Shown: one piece after another, positions 25,706 to 38,304 of the stretch
How positions within the stretch are numbered: the stretch's first letter is position 1
How the letters are laid out: each line of letters begins with the position of its first letter
Assembly: GCF_004010195.1 (NCBI RefSeq)
Contig: NC_057719.1
Location: 9,649,112 to 9,713,111, forward strand
From: Chiloscyllium plagiosum
Lineage: Eukaryota
DNA: 64,000 nt
Reading direction: 5' to 3'
Made by a program: the position numbers and the translations under genes
The notes under the pieces: generated by a model
Database searches by the model: none
What the model was told of the DNA's origin: nothing
The model's input: only the letters and a program-made list of their open reading frames with translations

Positions 25706-26261
25706 CTACATAGGAGAAGGAGGCCATTCAGCCCATTGAGTCTGCTCCACAACTCAATGAGATCATGGCTGATCTGATAACCTTCAACTTTCCTGCCTTA
25801 TCCTCATAACCTTTGATTCCCTAACTGATTAAAAATCTGTATTTGTCTTGAATATACATAATGATACAGCTTCAACAGCCTTCTGTGGTAAAGAATTTGG
25901 CAGATTAGTGTGACTAATTGAAAAGCTTTTTCTAAGGAGTGGAATTCCCATGAATACACTCCATAGGATATGAAGAGATAAGATTGACATCTCAAGTGAC
26001 AGGAAGTAGCTGTCTGTTTTAAAAGTGGCACTGCAGGATATTTCATTTCATCGTTACACATTCCCTCTCCTCACTCTCTCTCTCTCACTGCAGACTCCCA
26101 ATCCTCCCTTCAGTCTCAGGTGAAAAGGTTAACTCTTGATACAGGCCTACACCTAACACACTCGAGACTTCACCAGTTCCCCTACCAGCTGCAGCACTGT
26201 ATTCCCACCTCACTATATCTAGCTTCTCCCCCCCCCAACTACTCCCAGCACCACCCTTTAC

Positions 26262-26400
26262 CACACTCCAGCTTGGGCCGAGCCTCTGTCTGACATTTCC
26301 GACTTGGGTTGTACGCACAGAATAGCCCCGCAGCCTGCCCTGTTTTGCCATGTGACATCACTGGCCACCTCTGTGCGTGTGGCGGCCATGTTGTGTTTCA
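26262..26400 (-). promoter_or_regulatory. Candidate promoter / first exon
   Basis: Non-repeat, locally CpG-richer stretch; YY1-like caacATGGCCGCC, CRE-like tgatgtcac, ETS-like cggaaat, possible donor gtgtg|gtaaag. Confidence 0.3.
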
Positions 26401-26514
26401 GATAATCACTCCACATTCAAAAGGTTGGCACAGGCACAATGGGCTCCTTCTACCTTTTTCTGATGCTACATTTTGATACAGTACCCAAGGTTCTCCAATA
26501 AAAATTGGCTACTT

Positions 26515-26840
26515 TCTTTTCATTCACTCACAGGATAAGGGGGTGGCTGGTTAGGCCAACATTTATTGCCCATCACTAATTGCCCAGAGGGCAGTTAAGA
26601 GTCAACCACAACGCTGTGAGTCTGGAGTCACATTTATACCAAACCAGGTAAGGATGGCAGTTTCCTTCCCTGAAGGACATTCGTGAGCCACATCGGTCTT
26701 TCTAACAATTGATAACGGTTTCCTGGCCATCGTTAGATTCTTAATTACAGATTCTTTTGCAATCAAATTCCATCACCAGCCACAGCAGGGTTCAAACCCG
26801 GATACCCAGAACGTTAGCTGGCTCTCTGGATTAATCATCT
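26515..26840 (-). mobile_element. 5095-family SINE
   Basis: atttattgcccatcactaattgcccagagggcagttaagagtcaaccac...gggttcaaacccgg...ctctggattaat. Confidence 0.85.
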
Positions 26841-27647
26841 CGTGGCGTGAAAACACTTCTTTTGATATTCGGAAAAGGGACAATTCTCAACAAGCAATTA
26901 AGCACAAAAGTTGGTATCATTTTGCAATTTATTTTTTTTTCCTCAGTTCCGACATCCTTTGACATTTCAATTTTCTCAGTGGATGGTTTCAATGCCCCAA
27001 AGGCATTCTAGCTCTGTAATTTTAATTAACTAGGTGGCAGAGGCAGTGTAAAAATAGAAGCCACAATCACACTGCAAACGGAATGCTTGCAAAGCGCCGG
27101 AATATTTGAATAATACATCCTTCATGGTGTGCAACAGCGCAGGCTTTCAAAGCGACTGAAGGGGAAATGTGACAGCACCGTCCACAAGGAGAAACTAATC
27201 AAGGCTCTCCATTTCTCAGCTTTGCGACTATTTACTTATATTCAAGCAAAACTTCGAACTGCTCCTCATGAGAAACTGCACCATGATTTTGCATTCTACT
27301 CAGGGAGACCACATCTTTTCATCGCATGTTTGAGCAGCTGACATCTGCCATCCCAAAATTTAAGATGTGGACGTAAAAGTAAAAGAAATGTGTCACCTCA
27401 GAAGTCTGGAGAGAAAAGCAAATGACAAGCCAGTCAACATTGTGGCAATAAAAAAAATTAGGGCTTCCTCTGGCGTTCTGTGTCCAGTTCTGGTCCTGTT
27501 ATAGGAAGAGGGCTGGAAAGGATTCAGAAGAGATTTACCAGGATGTTGCCAGCAGTGGAGGGTTTGAGTTATAAGGAGAGGTTGGACAGGCTGTGATTTT
27601 TATCACTGGAGCATAAGAGGTTGAGAGCCGACCTTACACTGGTTTAT

Positions 27648-27940
27648 ACTCTCTTCCAACCTCTTCCGTCAGGCAGAAGATACAGAAGGTTGAACATATG
27701 TACCAACAGATTCAGGAACAACTTCTTCCCTGCTGTTATTAGACAGTGAAATAGATCTCTCTAACTTCAAATCTAATGTTGACCTCATTTTGTGCACCTC
27801 CTGTACAGCCTTGTATGCTCGCTCTGTCTGAGAACCCTGTGTGTGATCTGTATGTCCTTATTTGCTATGATCTGCCTGTACTGCTCGCAGAGCAAAGCCT
27901 TTCACTGTACTTAGGCACATGTGACTACAATAAATCAAAT
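27648..27940 (+). mobile_element. Rex1/Babar LINE 3' end
   Basis: LFQPLPSGRRYRRLNICTNRFRNNFFPAVIR motif; tail ttttcactgtacttaggcacatgtgactacaataaatcaaat. Confidence 0.8.
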
Positions 27941-28188
27941 CATGAGGGGTACAGATCAGGTGAATGGTGGATGTCTTTTCCTGAGGGTGGGACACTTCAA
28001 GACTAGGGGGCGTATTTTAAAAGTGAGAGGAGAAAGATTTAAAAAAGGACATGGGGGGAATTTCTTTTACACAGAGAGTGATTCATGTGTGGAATGAACT
28101 GCCAGAGGAAGTGGTTAATGCAGGTACAGTTACAATGTTTAAAGGACAATTTGATAAGTGCATGAAAAGGAAAGGTTTGGAGGGATAT

Positions 28189-28395
28189 CGAGAGAAAGTG
28201 AGGGCTGCAGATGCTGGAGGTCAGAGCTGAAAATGTGTTGCTGGAAAAGCGCAGCAGGTCAGGCAGCATCCAAGGAACAGGAGAATCGATGTTTCGGGCA
28301 TAAGCCTGAAGAAGGGTTTATGCCCGAAACGTCGATTCTCCTGCTCCTTGGATGCTGCCTGACCTGCTGCGCTTTTCCAGCAACGCATTTTCAGC
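28189..28395. mobile_element. Palindromic PLE-derived insertion with a hammerhead core at its centre (28306-28333, +)
   Basis: Inverted arms at about 28225-28304 and 28312-28396; 12-bp TSD ttggagggatat at 28177-28188 and 28396-28407. Confidence 0.9.
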
Positions 28396-29567
28396 TTGGA
28401 GGGATATTGGCCAGGTGTAGACAGGTGGGACGAGATTAGTTGGTGATTATGGCCTGCATGGACTGGTTGGACGGAAGCATCAGTTTGCGTGCTGAATGCC
28501 TCTCCAATTTCATTGCTGTGGATGTTGGAAATCAGAAACAAGAACTGAAATTACTGGAACGAGAAAGGGTCACTAGACTTGACACGCAAACTCTGCTTTC
28601 TCTCCACAGTTGCTGCCAGACCTGCTGAGTTTCTCCTTTGCTGGCAAGCGCACAGCAAAGGAGACCATTTGTCTTTTGTGCTAGCTCTCTAAAATCCACT
28701 TCGTCCCATTTCCTCACTCTTTTGAGTTCTGTTGAGGCTTCTCATCTTGTACTCATCAGGGCAATTTGCAAGAAAGATCGAAGCAAGTCAATGTATAGAA
28801 TGTAATAAACAGACCCAAAAACTGCTGGAGAAACTCAGCATGTCTGGCAGCATCTGCAGAGTGAGAAACAGAGTCAATGTTTTGAGTGTGGTGACCCATC
28901 TTCAGAACTGGACTCGACTGGTCTCAAAAATTACCTCTGATCCTTTCTCCACAGATGCTTCCTGATCTGCTTTTGTTTGTTTCAGATCATCAGTATCAGC
29001 AATTCTTTATTTTATAATGTTATTAGTAGCCAATTCACTGATGAAATTTGACTGAATGTGTTTTCAGGTGGAGCATTCCAGTTTATAACAACTCGATGTA
29101 AGGAATAAAGAAAAGCTTCACTTCACCATTCCTAATGCTTTGCCAACATATTCAACCTCTATGCTTTGCGTATCCTTCATTAACTCAGCTGTTTCTCCCA
29201 TTTATTCTGCCAAATGCACCCGAGTATAAAATTCAGTGTCTGAGCAGGTTAACATCTGTGGTTAACAGAAGTTGCTGGAAAAGCTCAGCATGTCTGGCAG
29301 CATCAGTGAAGAGAGATCAGAGTTAATATTTTGGGTCCAGTGTCCCTTCCTCAGAACTTTAATAACTGTGGAATTCACTGCTCCAAAACGTGAGGGATGC
29401 TGAGACACTGAATAAATTTGAGGGGGAGATAGATAGATTTTCAAAATAATAACAGGTTAAAAGGTAATGGAGAGCGGGCAGGAAAGTGGAGCTGGGTCCA
29501 GGATGAGATCAGCCATGATCACATCAAATGATGGAGCAGGCTTGTGGGATTGAATTGTTCATATGTG

Positions 29568-30218
29568 GGCGGCACGGTGGCACAGTGGTTAGCACTGCTG
29601 CCTCACAGCGCCTGAGACCCGGGTTCAATTCCCGCCTCAGGCGACTGACTGTGTGGAGTTTGCACATTCTCCCCGTGTCTGCGTGGGTTTCCTCCGGGTG
29701 CTCCGGTTTCCTCCCACAGTCCAAAAGATGTGCAGGGTCAGGTGAATTGGCCATGCTAAATTGCCCGTAGTGTTAGGTAAGGGGTAAATGTAGGGGTATG
29801 GGTGGGTTTCGCTTCGGCGGGTCGGTGTGGACTTGTTGGGCCGAAGGGCCTGTTTCCACACTGTAATGTAATCTAATCTAATCTAATATGTCCTAACATT
29901 TTAGGTACGGTGGCACAGTGGTTAGCACTGCTGCCTCACAGCACTAGAGACCCGGGTTCAATTCCCACCTCAGGCGACTGACTGTGGAGTTGGCACGTTC
30001 TCCCCGTGTCTGCATGGATTTCCTCCGGGTGCTCCGGTTTCCTCCCACAGTCCAAAGATGTGCAGGTCAGGTGAATTGGCCACGCTAAATTGCCCATAGT
30101 GTTAGGTAAGGGGTAAATGTAGGGGTATGGGTGGGTTGCGCTTCGGCGGGGCGGTGTGGACTTGTTGGGCCGAAGGGCCTGTTTCCACACTGTAGTCTAA
30201 TCTGTAGTCTAATCTAAA
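29568..30218 (+). mobile_element. Two young HE1 SINEs head-to-tail (29568-29886, 29906-30218)
   Basis: ggcggcacggtggcacagtggttagcactgctgcctcacagc...gggttcaattccc...gggccgaagggcctgtttccacactgta(atcta)n; CpGs intact. Confidence 0.95.
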
Positions 30219-30649
30219 CTATTCATTAGTCCTGTTTCACTCACAGGAGGCTATGCAGTTTCTTCTTCCTGGCCTTACTAGTTTTGATGATGGGCCGCAT
30301 CAAGAAAAATACCAGCCAATCCTTTCCCTTCAAGTCTTGCTGGTGGGTGTTTCCAATGTATGTTTCTCTTGCAGTGTATTTCTACTCACATACATGGCAC
30401 AAATATACACTCAGTGGCTCCTCAATGTGATATGCCTATTCTCAGCCAGAACAAAGATGATTGGATAAATCTCCTGCCAATGACCTTGAGACCACAACGC
30501 TGTGATCAAACTCATGTACATGCCTCGAATTTTGTTATTATCCTGCACTGACTACATGTTGCTGGAGAAATTTTCTTGCTTTCATTGGGTGAAAGTATCT
30601 TCGTCTGTTTCCTCTATGTTTTGTACAGAAGTTTGTAATTGACTAGATT

Positions 30650-31910
30650 CCGTAGTAGGCTGCTTGACTTGACTCTGTTAAAATAAAAGCCAACATTCCC
30701 ATTTACCTCCTTTATTACCTGATGAACATGGATGCTAGCTTTTTGTGGTTCATATAAGATAGCTCTTTTATCTGCAGTCTTTCTCCATTTAATAATTTTC
30801 AGCTCTTCTATTCTTCCTGCCAAAGTGCATAACCTAACATTTCCCCATATTGTATTCATTCTCCTAAGTTTTTACCCACTTACCTCTGTCCATACCCCTC
30901 TTTGTGTCATCCTCATTCTCTGTCTTCTCATCTATCTTTTGTCTCATCTGCTAACTTGGCTATAATACATTCACCTTTCTATTCAAATCATTAGCATACA
31001 TTTTACTTTTTTAAAAAATCACTCATGACAGCTGACTGGCATTTATTGTCTGTCCCTAGTTGCCCTTGAACTATGTGGCTTGTATGCCAATTCAGAGGGC
31101 AGTTGAGAGACAACCACATTTCTATATGCAAGCCAGACCAGGTGAAGATGGCAGATTTCCTTCACTGAAGGACATTAGTGAACCAGATGGGTTTTTTCGA
31201 CAATTGTCAACCAGTAGCTTCTTAATTCCAGACTTATTCTTTAATTTGAATTCCACCAACTGCCACTATGGGATTCAAACTTGGTTCCACAAATCGTTAG
31301 CTGAGTTCCTGGGTTAATAACCCCGCGTGCTAATACCACCAGGAGAAAGTGAGGACTACAGATGCTGGAGATCAGAGTCAAAAAGTGTGGCACTGGAAAA
31401 ACACAGCAGGTCAGGCAGCATCCGAGGAGCAGGAGAGTTGACTGTTCGGACACAAGCCCTTCATCAGCCTCTCCTGCTCCTCTGATGCTGCCGGATCTGA
31501 TGTGCTTTTCCAGCAGGCCATCACCTCCCCCAAATAATTATGGTCTTAGCACCAATCCCTGTGGTAATCCAGTAGCTTGGAAATGCCTACCTTATTCAAA
31601 CTGTCTGCTTTCTATTGGTTAGCAATCGTCTGGCCATGCTCATATACCAACTCCAACACCAAGGCAATTACATTTTTAAGTAACCTAAAGTTTGGTACCT
31701 TACCAAACACTTTCTGAAAATCCAAATATATTACTTCCCCTTTATCTAACCTACTTGTTACTTCCTCAAAAAATTCTAGTAAATTTTTCAGGCATTATAT
31801 CCCCTTTGTGAAGTCACACCCGAACTGCTTGATCGTATAATGCATTTCAAAATGCTCTGCTATTAAAGCCTTTTTAACAGATTCTAAAATTTTCTCAGTA
31901 ACAGATGTTA
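30650..31910 (-). mobile_element. Old CR1 RT-region fragments interrupted by a SINE (31015-31340) and a PLE palindrome (31341-31515)
   Basis: ttcttcctgccaaagtgcataacc (reverse of V(M)HFGRKN); ccaatccctgtggtaatcc (reverse of G(L)PQGLVL); aaacactttctgaaaatccaaatat (reverse of YLDFQK(V)F). Confidence 0.65.
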
Positions 31911-33721
31911 AATTCCTAGCCTATCCTGCTCCTTGGATGCTGCCTGACCTGCTGTGCTTTTCCAGCACCTCACTTTTTGACTCTGATCTCCAACATCTGC
32001 AGTCTTCACTTTCTCCGAGATCTTGACAGGCAATGGTCACATGGGTCAGGTATCAACTTTCAAATCCTTCCAACAATTATCAATGACAGCCTGTAAGAGT
32101 GGTGGGGGGGGACTCTTTATTAGCCTTTGGATGTGAAGAATCTGCAAGCCCCTACCACAGTTCCAAGATACATGCATTTTGAAATGTGTGTTACTGCAGT
32201 GACTCAGACTCCCTGGGTGAACTGCAACACACCACCATATTGGTTGATCAGTTCATTTGAGCTGCTAACTTACCTTGTCCTTCAATATATTTTGGTCTTG
32301 CATTTGTTGGAAATCCTGACTAACAATGGAATTAACTTTTCTTCCATCAACTCTACTTTGCCCAACCCTAAACTACCAATTACCTTCCAACGCCTCTGCC
32401 CCACCCTGAACCAAATCAAATTCTCTTGATGCAGGTGCCATTAGACTTTCCTCTTATCTGAATGACCCTGTCAACCTCAACTCTATATCAGTATGCCCCT
32501 CCCTTGAGGTAGCAAGAGTAGCAAGTAGTGAGAGGCAGAAATATTGGATCCATCATCTCTGACTAGATAGACATTCCCTTCTCACCATCTTACTAAATGA
32601 GTTCTGAGTGACAAGGTCCATGGGAGACTTGCCGAGCCTGACACCAATGAAGCCATTTAAGTGATCAATTAACTGCCACCTAGGGGTCTCAATTTGCCCC
32701 TGCCCTTCTCCAACTAGTTATCAGCCTCCCCCTTGGCTACTACCCCCAACTGGAAGACCAAGGGGATTTACCTGATTGGGGAATGGAGTCTTCAATTACA
32801 TGAGTCTTGTGGAGGGCTAAAGGGGTTGGCCTCTGAAAGCCAGTCCTTGTCCTTGCCTCCAAAATCCCAGACTATCTCGAAGTGGACCCCAACCTCAGAC
32901 AATAGAAACAACTTCCCTTCCCACCATTGGAGCTCCCAAGGCGTCGACCCTAACCCAGAAGCTGCCAAGACCGGGAGCACTGGTGTGGAGTTCCCCTAAT
33001 CTAACAGGAGATTCGCCTGAGCACGAGCTGATTGGAGTGTGAGTGGTCTGTGGCGGAGGAGGTTGGTGATTTGCTACCTAACACACCCAATCCCAGAGGA
33101 TAAAATAGATCATAAAGTCAATGTCCTGTCTCAAAGCAAGAGTCTCTAGAATGGTCTTTAGGATGATGTGTTAGGCTTATTGATATTCTGATTGATGCAG
33201 ATGGCTCAGAGTGTATATTATGGAAGTTAGTGGGAAACCTTGAGCAAGTTGATGAATCAATCTAATCAAAAACAGAAACTGCTGAAAAAGCTCAGCAAGT
33301 CTGACAGCATCTGTGGAGAAAAATCAGAATTAATGTTTCAGGTCGAGTGACCCTTCCTCAATCCAATCTCCTAAACCAAGCACCAGGGAGGATTTGGGAT
33401 GTGTCCTGTCACGCACATTCCGCACCAATTATTATCAAGTGTAGATTGGCAGCAGGGAGGAGAATAAAACAGCGTCAGACATATCTTTGGAAAATACTTC
33501 AGAATCAGAATGGTTACAGCACAGAAGAGGGCATTCGGCCAACTTTGTCAGCAGTGCTCCTGCCCATAATCCTGCACCTTCCTCCTTTTCAGAAGGCAAT
33601 CCACTTGTCTCTTCAATGCCTCGATTGAACCTGCCTCCATTACAGTCTTGGGTAATAAATCCCAGATCCCAATCACTTGCTGGACAAAAGTTTCACCTCT
33701 TGTCGCGTTGCCAGTGTTCGC

Positions 33722-33820
33722 AATTCCTGATGAAGGGCTCCGGCCCGAAACGTCGATTTTCCTGCTCCTCAGATGCTGCCTAATCTGCTATGCTTTTCCA
33801 GCAACACACATTCAACTCTG
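33722..33820 (+). mobile_element. PLE terminal fragment with intact hammerhead core (33727-33754)
   Basis: aattc-CTGATGA-A-GGGC tccg GCCC-GAAA-CG-TC-gattt. Confidence 0.8.
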
Positions 33821-35284
33821 TTGCCAATTTTGCCAAGTGCCTTAAATCTAAGCCCCCTGGTTTCTAATTTCTCAACCTAAGGGAACAGCTTTTCCCTGTC
33901 GACTCTGTTCAGACACCTCATAATTATATACGCATCTATCAAACTTGGAATGAAAATGAAAACAAAACATTCACATTTAGCTTCATATTAGAGCCCATAA
34001 GGACATAAGTCATTTAATGGAGGGGAAGACCTTCTCCAGGAAACAATACCATGATGCGAAAAGCTGTTTTTGTTTGGCTGATGGAAGGTAAAGTTCCCCA
34101 ACTCCCTGCCTATTTACAATTTCCGAAGATCTTGGCAATATTAATTCACTGATGTGAACTTCTCATTTCATACTGTTGTTCACGAGCGATTAAGGTTGGT
34201 GGAATCGTGCCTAAAGTTGTGCAGTCATATCCAACGAGGCTGGGATTACTGAAACTCATCAGATTCTTCCCAGGAAAAAGGATTTTCACCACTTCTGACC
34301 TATTGGAGCGCCAAGCTCAACCCATAGATCTCAATCTTAATATCTAACAGCAGCTACAATCCAACTGCACACATTGCATTAATTAATTAAGGCCATTAGA
34401 TAACAAGACTAAGCAGCAGTTTTTTATATGAGTGCTAAGCTTTAAGACAAAACTGTTCTTGATTCTAATTGCTCCTTCAGTGGCTACACTTACCTGGGTC
34501 TATGTTCTGGAATTGCCTCCCTCAACCTCTCTGCTTCTCAGCATTGTTATCCTCTTCAATACACTCCTTAAAATCCATCTTGTTGAACAAGCTTTCGTTC
34601 ATCTGGCCAGATATCTCTTTCATTTAGTGCTCCCTCAATGACAAAGGGCAAATTGGAACCAATAGGCACTGAGCACACTGCCTACCCATCTGCCACTGCC
34701 CCCTGCTGCAATTTTACCAGTGGCAGGGTGGGCATCAGGTTCTCTTCCCATCCATGAACCAATTGAAGCCTTTAAGTGGTCAGTAAACACCCACCATCCA
34801 TCCCCATCAGGGTTTAATGAGTGATAAGGGAGGGCCACATGAAGTGACCAGTCTGTCAGGGTTTTCCTATGAGACCTGATGAACAGCACAAGTGACTCTC
34901 CTTAAACAGCACCCCTCTCCCAGGTCCTGTTTGACATCCCACAACACACCCCTAACCCCTCGTATGCACACATCCTACCCCTCCACACCAGGGCCTACAC
35001 ACTTGGCTCTGTGAGACACCAGTCTTTCCTACCGGGTGTGGCTCCAGCATTACACACAAACACTTGGCCTTGCTGCAACATTGACAACAGACATTGGATG
35101 CAAGTGTCTGAATGGTTGGCAGTTCTTTGAGGTAGGATGGCCTGTTTCAAAGCAGTCCTTCCTCAATTCATTACCAAATCCTAGCCTCGGACAGGTGCAG
35201 GGATCTTAGTGACCTGTCTCAGTTATGTATTTTTGCGTCATACTTTGTTTCATGACGGTCTTGTGAAGCACTTTTGGAGATATT

Positions 35285-35605
35285 TATTTTATTCATACAG
35301 GATGTGGGCATTGCTAACTAGGCCAGCATTTATTGTCCATCCCTAATCACCAGAGGGCAGTGTAGAGTCGACACATTGCAGTAGTCCAGAGCAGGTAAGT
35401 ACATCAAATTTCATTCCCTGAGGGCATTCCAGAAGAAGTTGGGTATTTAAGAAACTCACCAGTGGCTATAAGATCTTCATTTTATTCCAGGATTTTTACT
35501 CAATTGAAATTGTACCGTCTGCCGCAGTGTGATTAGAATCTTGGATTCCCGCAACCCATGAACCTGGATTATTTGTCCAATGATATTATGCCAATGCTGC
35601 CTTCT
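35285..35605 (-). mobile_element. 5095-family SINE (diverged)
   Basis: ggatgtgggcattgctaactaggccagcatttattgtccatccctaatc. Confidence 0.7.
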
Positions 35606-35689
35606 CTTGATTACATTATAAATGCTACACTAAAAGACTCGTTACTGTTGTTGTACTCATCATGGTCAGAGGTAGCAACGTTTGCATGA

Positions 35690-36010
35690 ATGTCCATCCT
35701 TGCACTTTTAAAGTGTCAAAGAACTTCACTCAAGGAATCACTTCAAAGGGTGGTGAACTTATTACTGTCATCACAATCCAACAGTTATCCCACAGCAGTA
35801 ATGAGAGAATTTTTTTTTTGTCTTGGGTGAGGATGAAGCTGGTGAAGTTTATTGGGGGATTATTGGTTAGCCCTCTTATTGCTTTGAAATAAATTATGGT
35901 CCCACTGAGTCACTTCAGCAGATACATCAGACTTCCTCAGAAAAACAATATCTCTCACATGAGAACACTACCTCAGTACTGCAGTGAAATATAAACCTGG
36001 ATTATAGATA
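35690..36010 (-). mobile_element. DeuSINE-like relic
   Basis: aacactacctcagtactgcagtg and cccacagcagtaatgag match the reverse of Deu-domain motifs seen at 47005-47330. Confidence 0.45.
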
Positions 36011-36032
36011 CTTTCCGACTCCATCTATTCAG

Positions 36033-36320
36033 ATGAGTTGTTGTTCTGTTCGCCGAGCTGGGAATTTGTGTTGCAGACGTTTCGTCCCCTGTCTAGGTGA
36101 CATCCTCAGTGCTTGGGAGCCTCCTGTGAAGCGCTTCTGTGATCTTTCCTCCGCCATTTGTAGTGGTTTGAATCTGCCGCTTCCGGTTGTCAGTTCCAGC
36201 TGTCCGCTGCAGTGGCCGGTATATTGGGCCCAGGTCGATGTGCTTATTGATTGAATCTGTGGATGAGTGCCATGCCTCTAGGAATTCCCTGGCTGTTCTC
36301 TGTTTGGCTTGTCCTATAAA
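36033..36320 (-). mobile_element. Penelope-like element 3' end (second family): GIY-YIG C-terminus plus hammerhead
   Basis: IGQAKQRTAREFLEAWHSSTDSINKHIDLGPIYRPLQ, typical of the Penelope endonuclease C-terminus. Confidence 0.88.
36073..36112 (-). ncRNA. Minimal type I hammerhead ribozyme motif
   Basis: GCA-CTGAGGA-T-GTC a CCT agac AGG g GAC-GAAA-CG-TC-TGC. Confidence 0.8.
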
Positions 36321-36504
36321 AGTAGGACACCACCCTCTGTGTGAAGTACTTGCCGCGTGTATCCCCCTTAAACTTTCCACACCTCACCTTGAAAGCATAA
36401 CATCAGCTGCTCCAAAATATCTTAGAAAAGTTGCTATAATCAGCTCCTAAATAGGCAATGACTTCCAGCATGTGTTATCACCACTTCATCTTTATATTAG
36501 GTTA

Positions 36505-36795
36505 TTTATTAGATTCCCTACAGTATGGAAGCAGGCCCTTCGGCCCAACAAGTCCACACTGACACACAACCCACCCAGACCTAACCCCTACACTTACCCC
36601 TAACTAATGCACCTAACACAATGGGCAATATAGCATGGCCAATTCATCTGACCAGCACATTTTTATGAAAGTGGGATGAAACCCACACAGACATGGGCAG
36701 AATGTGCAAACTCCACACAGAAAGTCACCCGAGTCTGGGATCAAACCCAGGTCCATGACGCTGTAAGGCAGCAGTGCTAACCACTGAGCCACCAT
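36505..36795 (-). mobile_element. HE1 SINE
   Basis: attagattccctacagtatggaagcaggcccttcggcccaacaagtcc...gcagcagtgctaaccactgagccacc. Confidence 0.9.
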
Positions 36796-37196
36796 AATAG
36801 GTAGGGCATAAAATATATCTCAGATTTTACTGAAGGTGATCTTGGAAAAATAAATAAAATCTGTTCTTTATTAAAATAGAGAAACAGGAGTAAAGGACCA
36901 ATGAGCTTGAGGCAATATGAACACCAAAAAGGGCAGAGAAAGCAAGGACAGCAGATGCTGGAGATCAGAGTCAAACCGTGTTACATTCCTGATGAAGAGC
37001 TTATGCTTGAATCCTGCTCCCCCGACGCTGCCTGATCGGCTGTGCTTTTCCAGCACCACACACCAAAAACAGCAGGCCAGGGGATGAGAGAGAACAGGGA
37101 AAATGTGTGAAAAAGTGCAATGGCATGTAGCTCTCAGGTGATTCCAAGCAGATATGGATGGTACTGGTGTGGTGGTAATGTCTCCAGACTAGCATC

Positions 37197-37932
37197 GAGT
37201 CATAGAGATGTACAGCATGGAAACAGACCCTTCGGTCCACCTGTCCATGCCAACCAGGTATCCCAACCCAATCTAGTCCCACCTGCCAGCACGCGGCTCA
37301 TATCCTTCCAAACCCTTCCTATTCATATACCCATCCAAATGCCTCTTAAATGTTGCAATTGTACCAGCCTCCACCACTTCCTCTGGCAGTTCATTCCATA
37401 CATGTACCACCCTCTGCGTGAAAAAGTTGCCCGTTAAGTCTCTTTTATATATTTCCCCTTTCACCCTTACCCTATGCCCTCTAGTTCTGGACTCCCCGAC
37501 CTCCAGGGAAGAGACTTTGCCTATTTATCCTATCCATGCCTCTCAACATTTTTTAAACCTCTATAAGGTCACCCCTCAGCCTCCAACACTCCAGGGAAAA
37601 CAGCCCCAGCCTGTTCAGCTTCTCCCTGCAGCTCAAATCCTCCAACCCTGGCAACATCCTTGTAAATCTTTTCTGAACCCTTTCAAGTTTCACAACATCT
37701 TTCCGATAGGAAGGAGACTTGAACTGCACGCAATATTCCAACAGTGGCCTAACCAATGTCCTGTACAGCCGCAACTCCCAACTCCTGTATTCAATATTCT
37801 GACCAATAAAGGAAAGCATACCAAATGCCTTCCTCACTATCCTATCTACCTGCGACTCCACTTTCAAGGAGCTATGAACCTGCAGTCCCAGGTTTCTTTG
37901 TTCAGCAACACTCCCTAGGACCTTACCATTAA
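37197..37932 (-). mobile_element. HER1/CR1 LINE, 5'-truncated
   Basis: ORF 37553-37978 (-) LNGKVLGSVAEQRNLG...LYRTLVRPLLEYCVQF...RLRGDLIEV is close to the copy at 9776-10369; tail at 37197. Confidence 0.95.
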
Positions 37933-38304
37933 GCAATTCACAACTCCAGGTTGAATGCTCCAGGGGACAAGAGCTCAATTATCATCATGGCAGATAATAA
38001 CATTTTCAATCAAAATTCAATCCGGAATGAAAACGCTGATAATGTAACCACTGCCAATTGTTGCAAAAGGTTCTGATGAAAGGTCACTGGATTCAAAATG
38101 TTAACGCTGCTTTCTCTCCTCTGATGTTTCCAGACCGGCCAAGTTTTTCCAGAAATGTGTCCATTTTGTTTTTGTTTCAGATTTCCAGCATCTGCAGTTC
38201 TTTATTTTATTTTTAGGTAAAAGAAATCTATCTCATTCACTCACGTGTTTTTGTGAAGGAAGTTTACCATCCTTATCTGATCTGAGACAAAAAAAAACTG
38301 CAAA

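Larger units (their letters stand above)
27475..28480 (+). mobile_element. HER1/CR1 3' fragment carrying two nested insertions
   Basis: VQFWS...ERIQKRFTRMLP...LSYKERLDRL; resumes at catgagggg (27941) and again after 28396. Confidence 0.85.

Noticed and set aside
27039..27076. miR-34/449-like seed aggcagtgta with a complementary acactgc nearby
   Set aside because: The match is limited to about 10 nt and the hairpin is too short for a pre-miRNA.
29568..29640. tRNA gene
   Set aside because: It is the tRNA-derived head of an HE1 SINE and continues into the V-domain.
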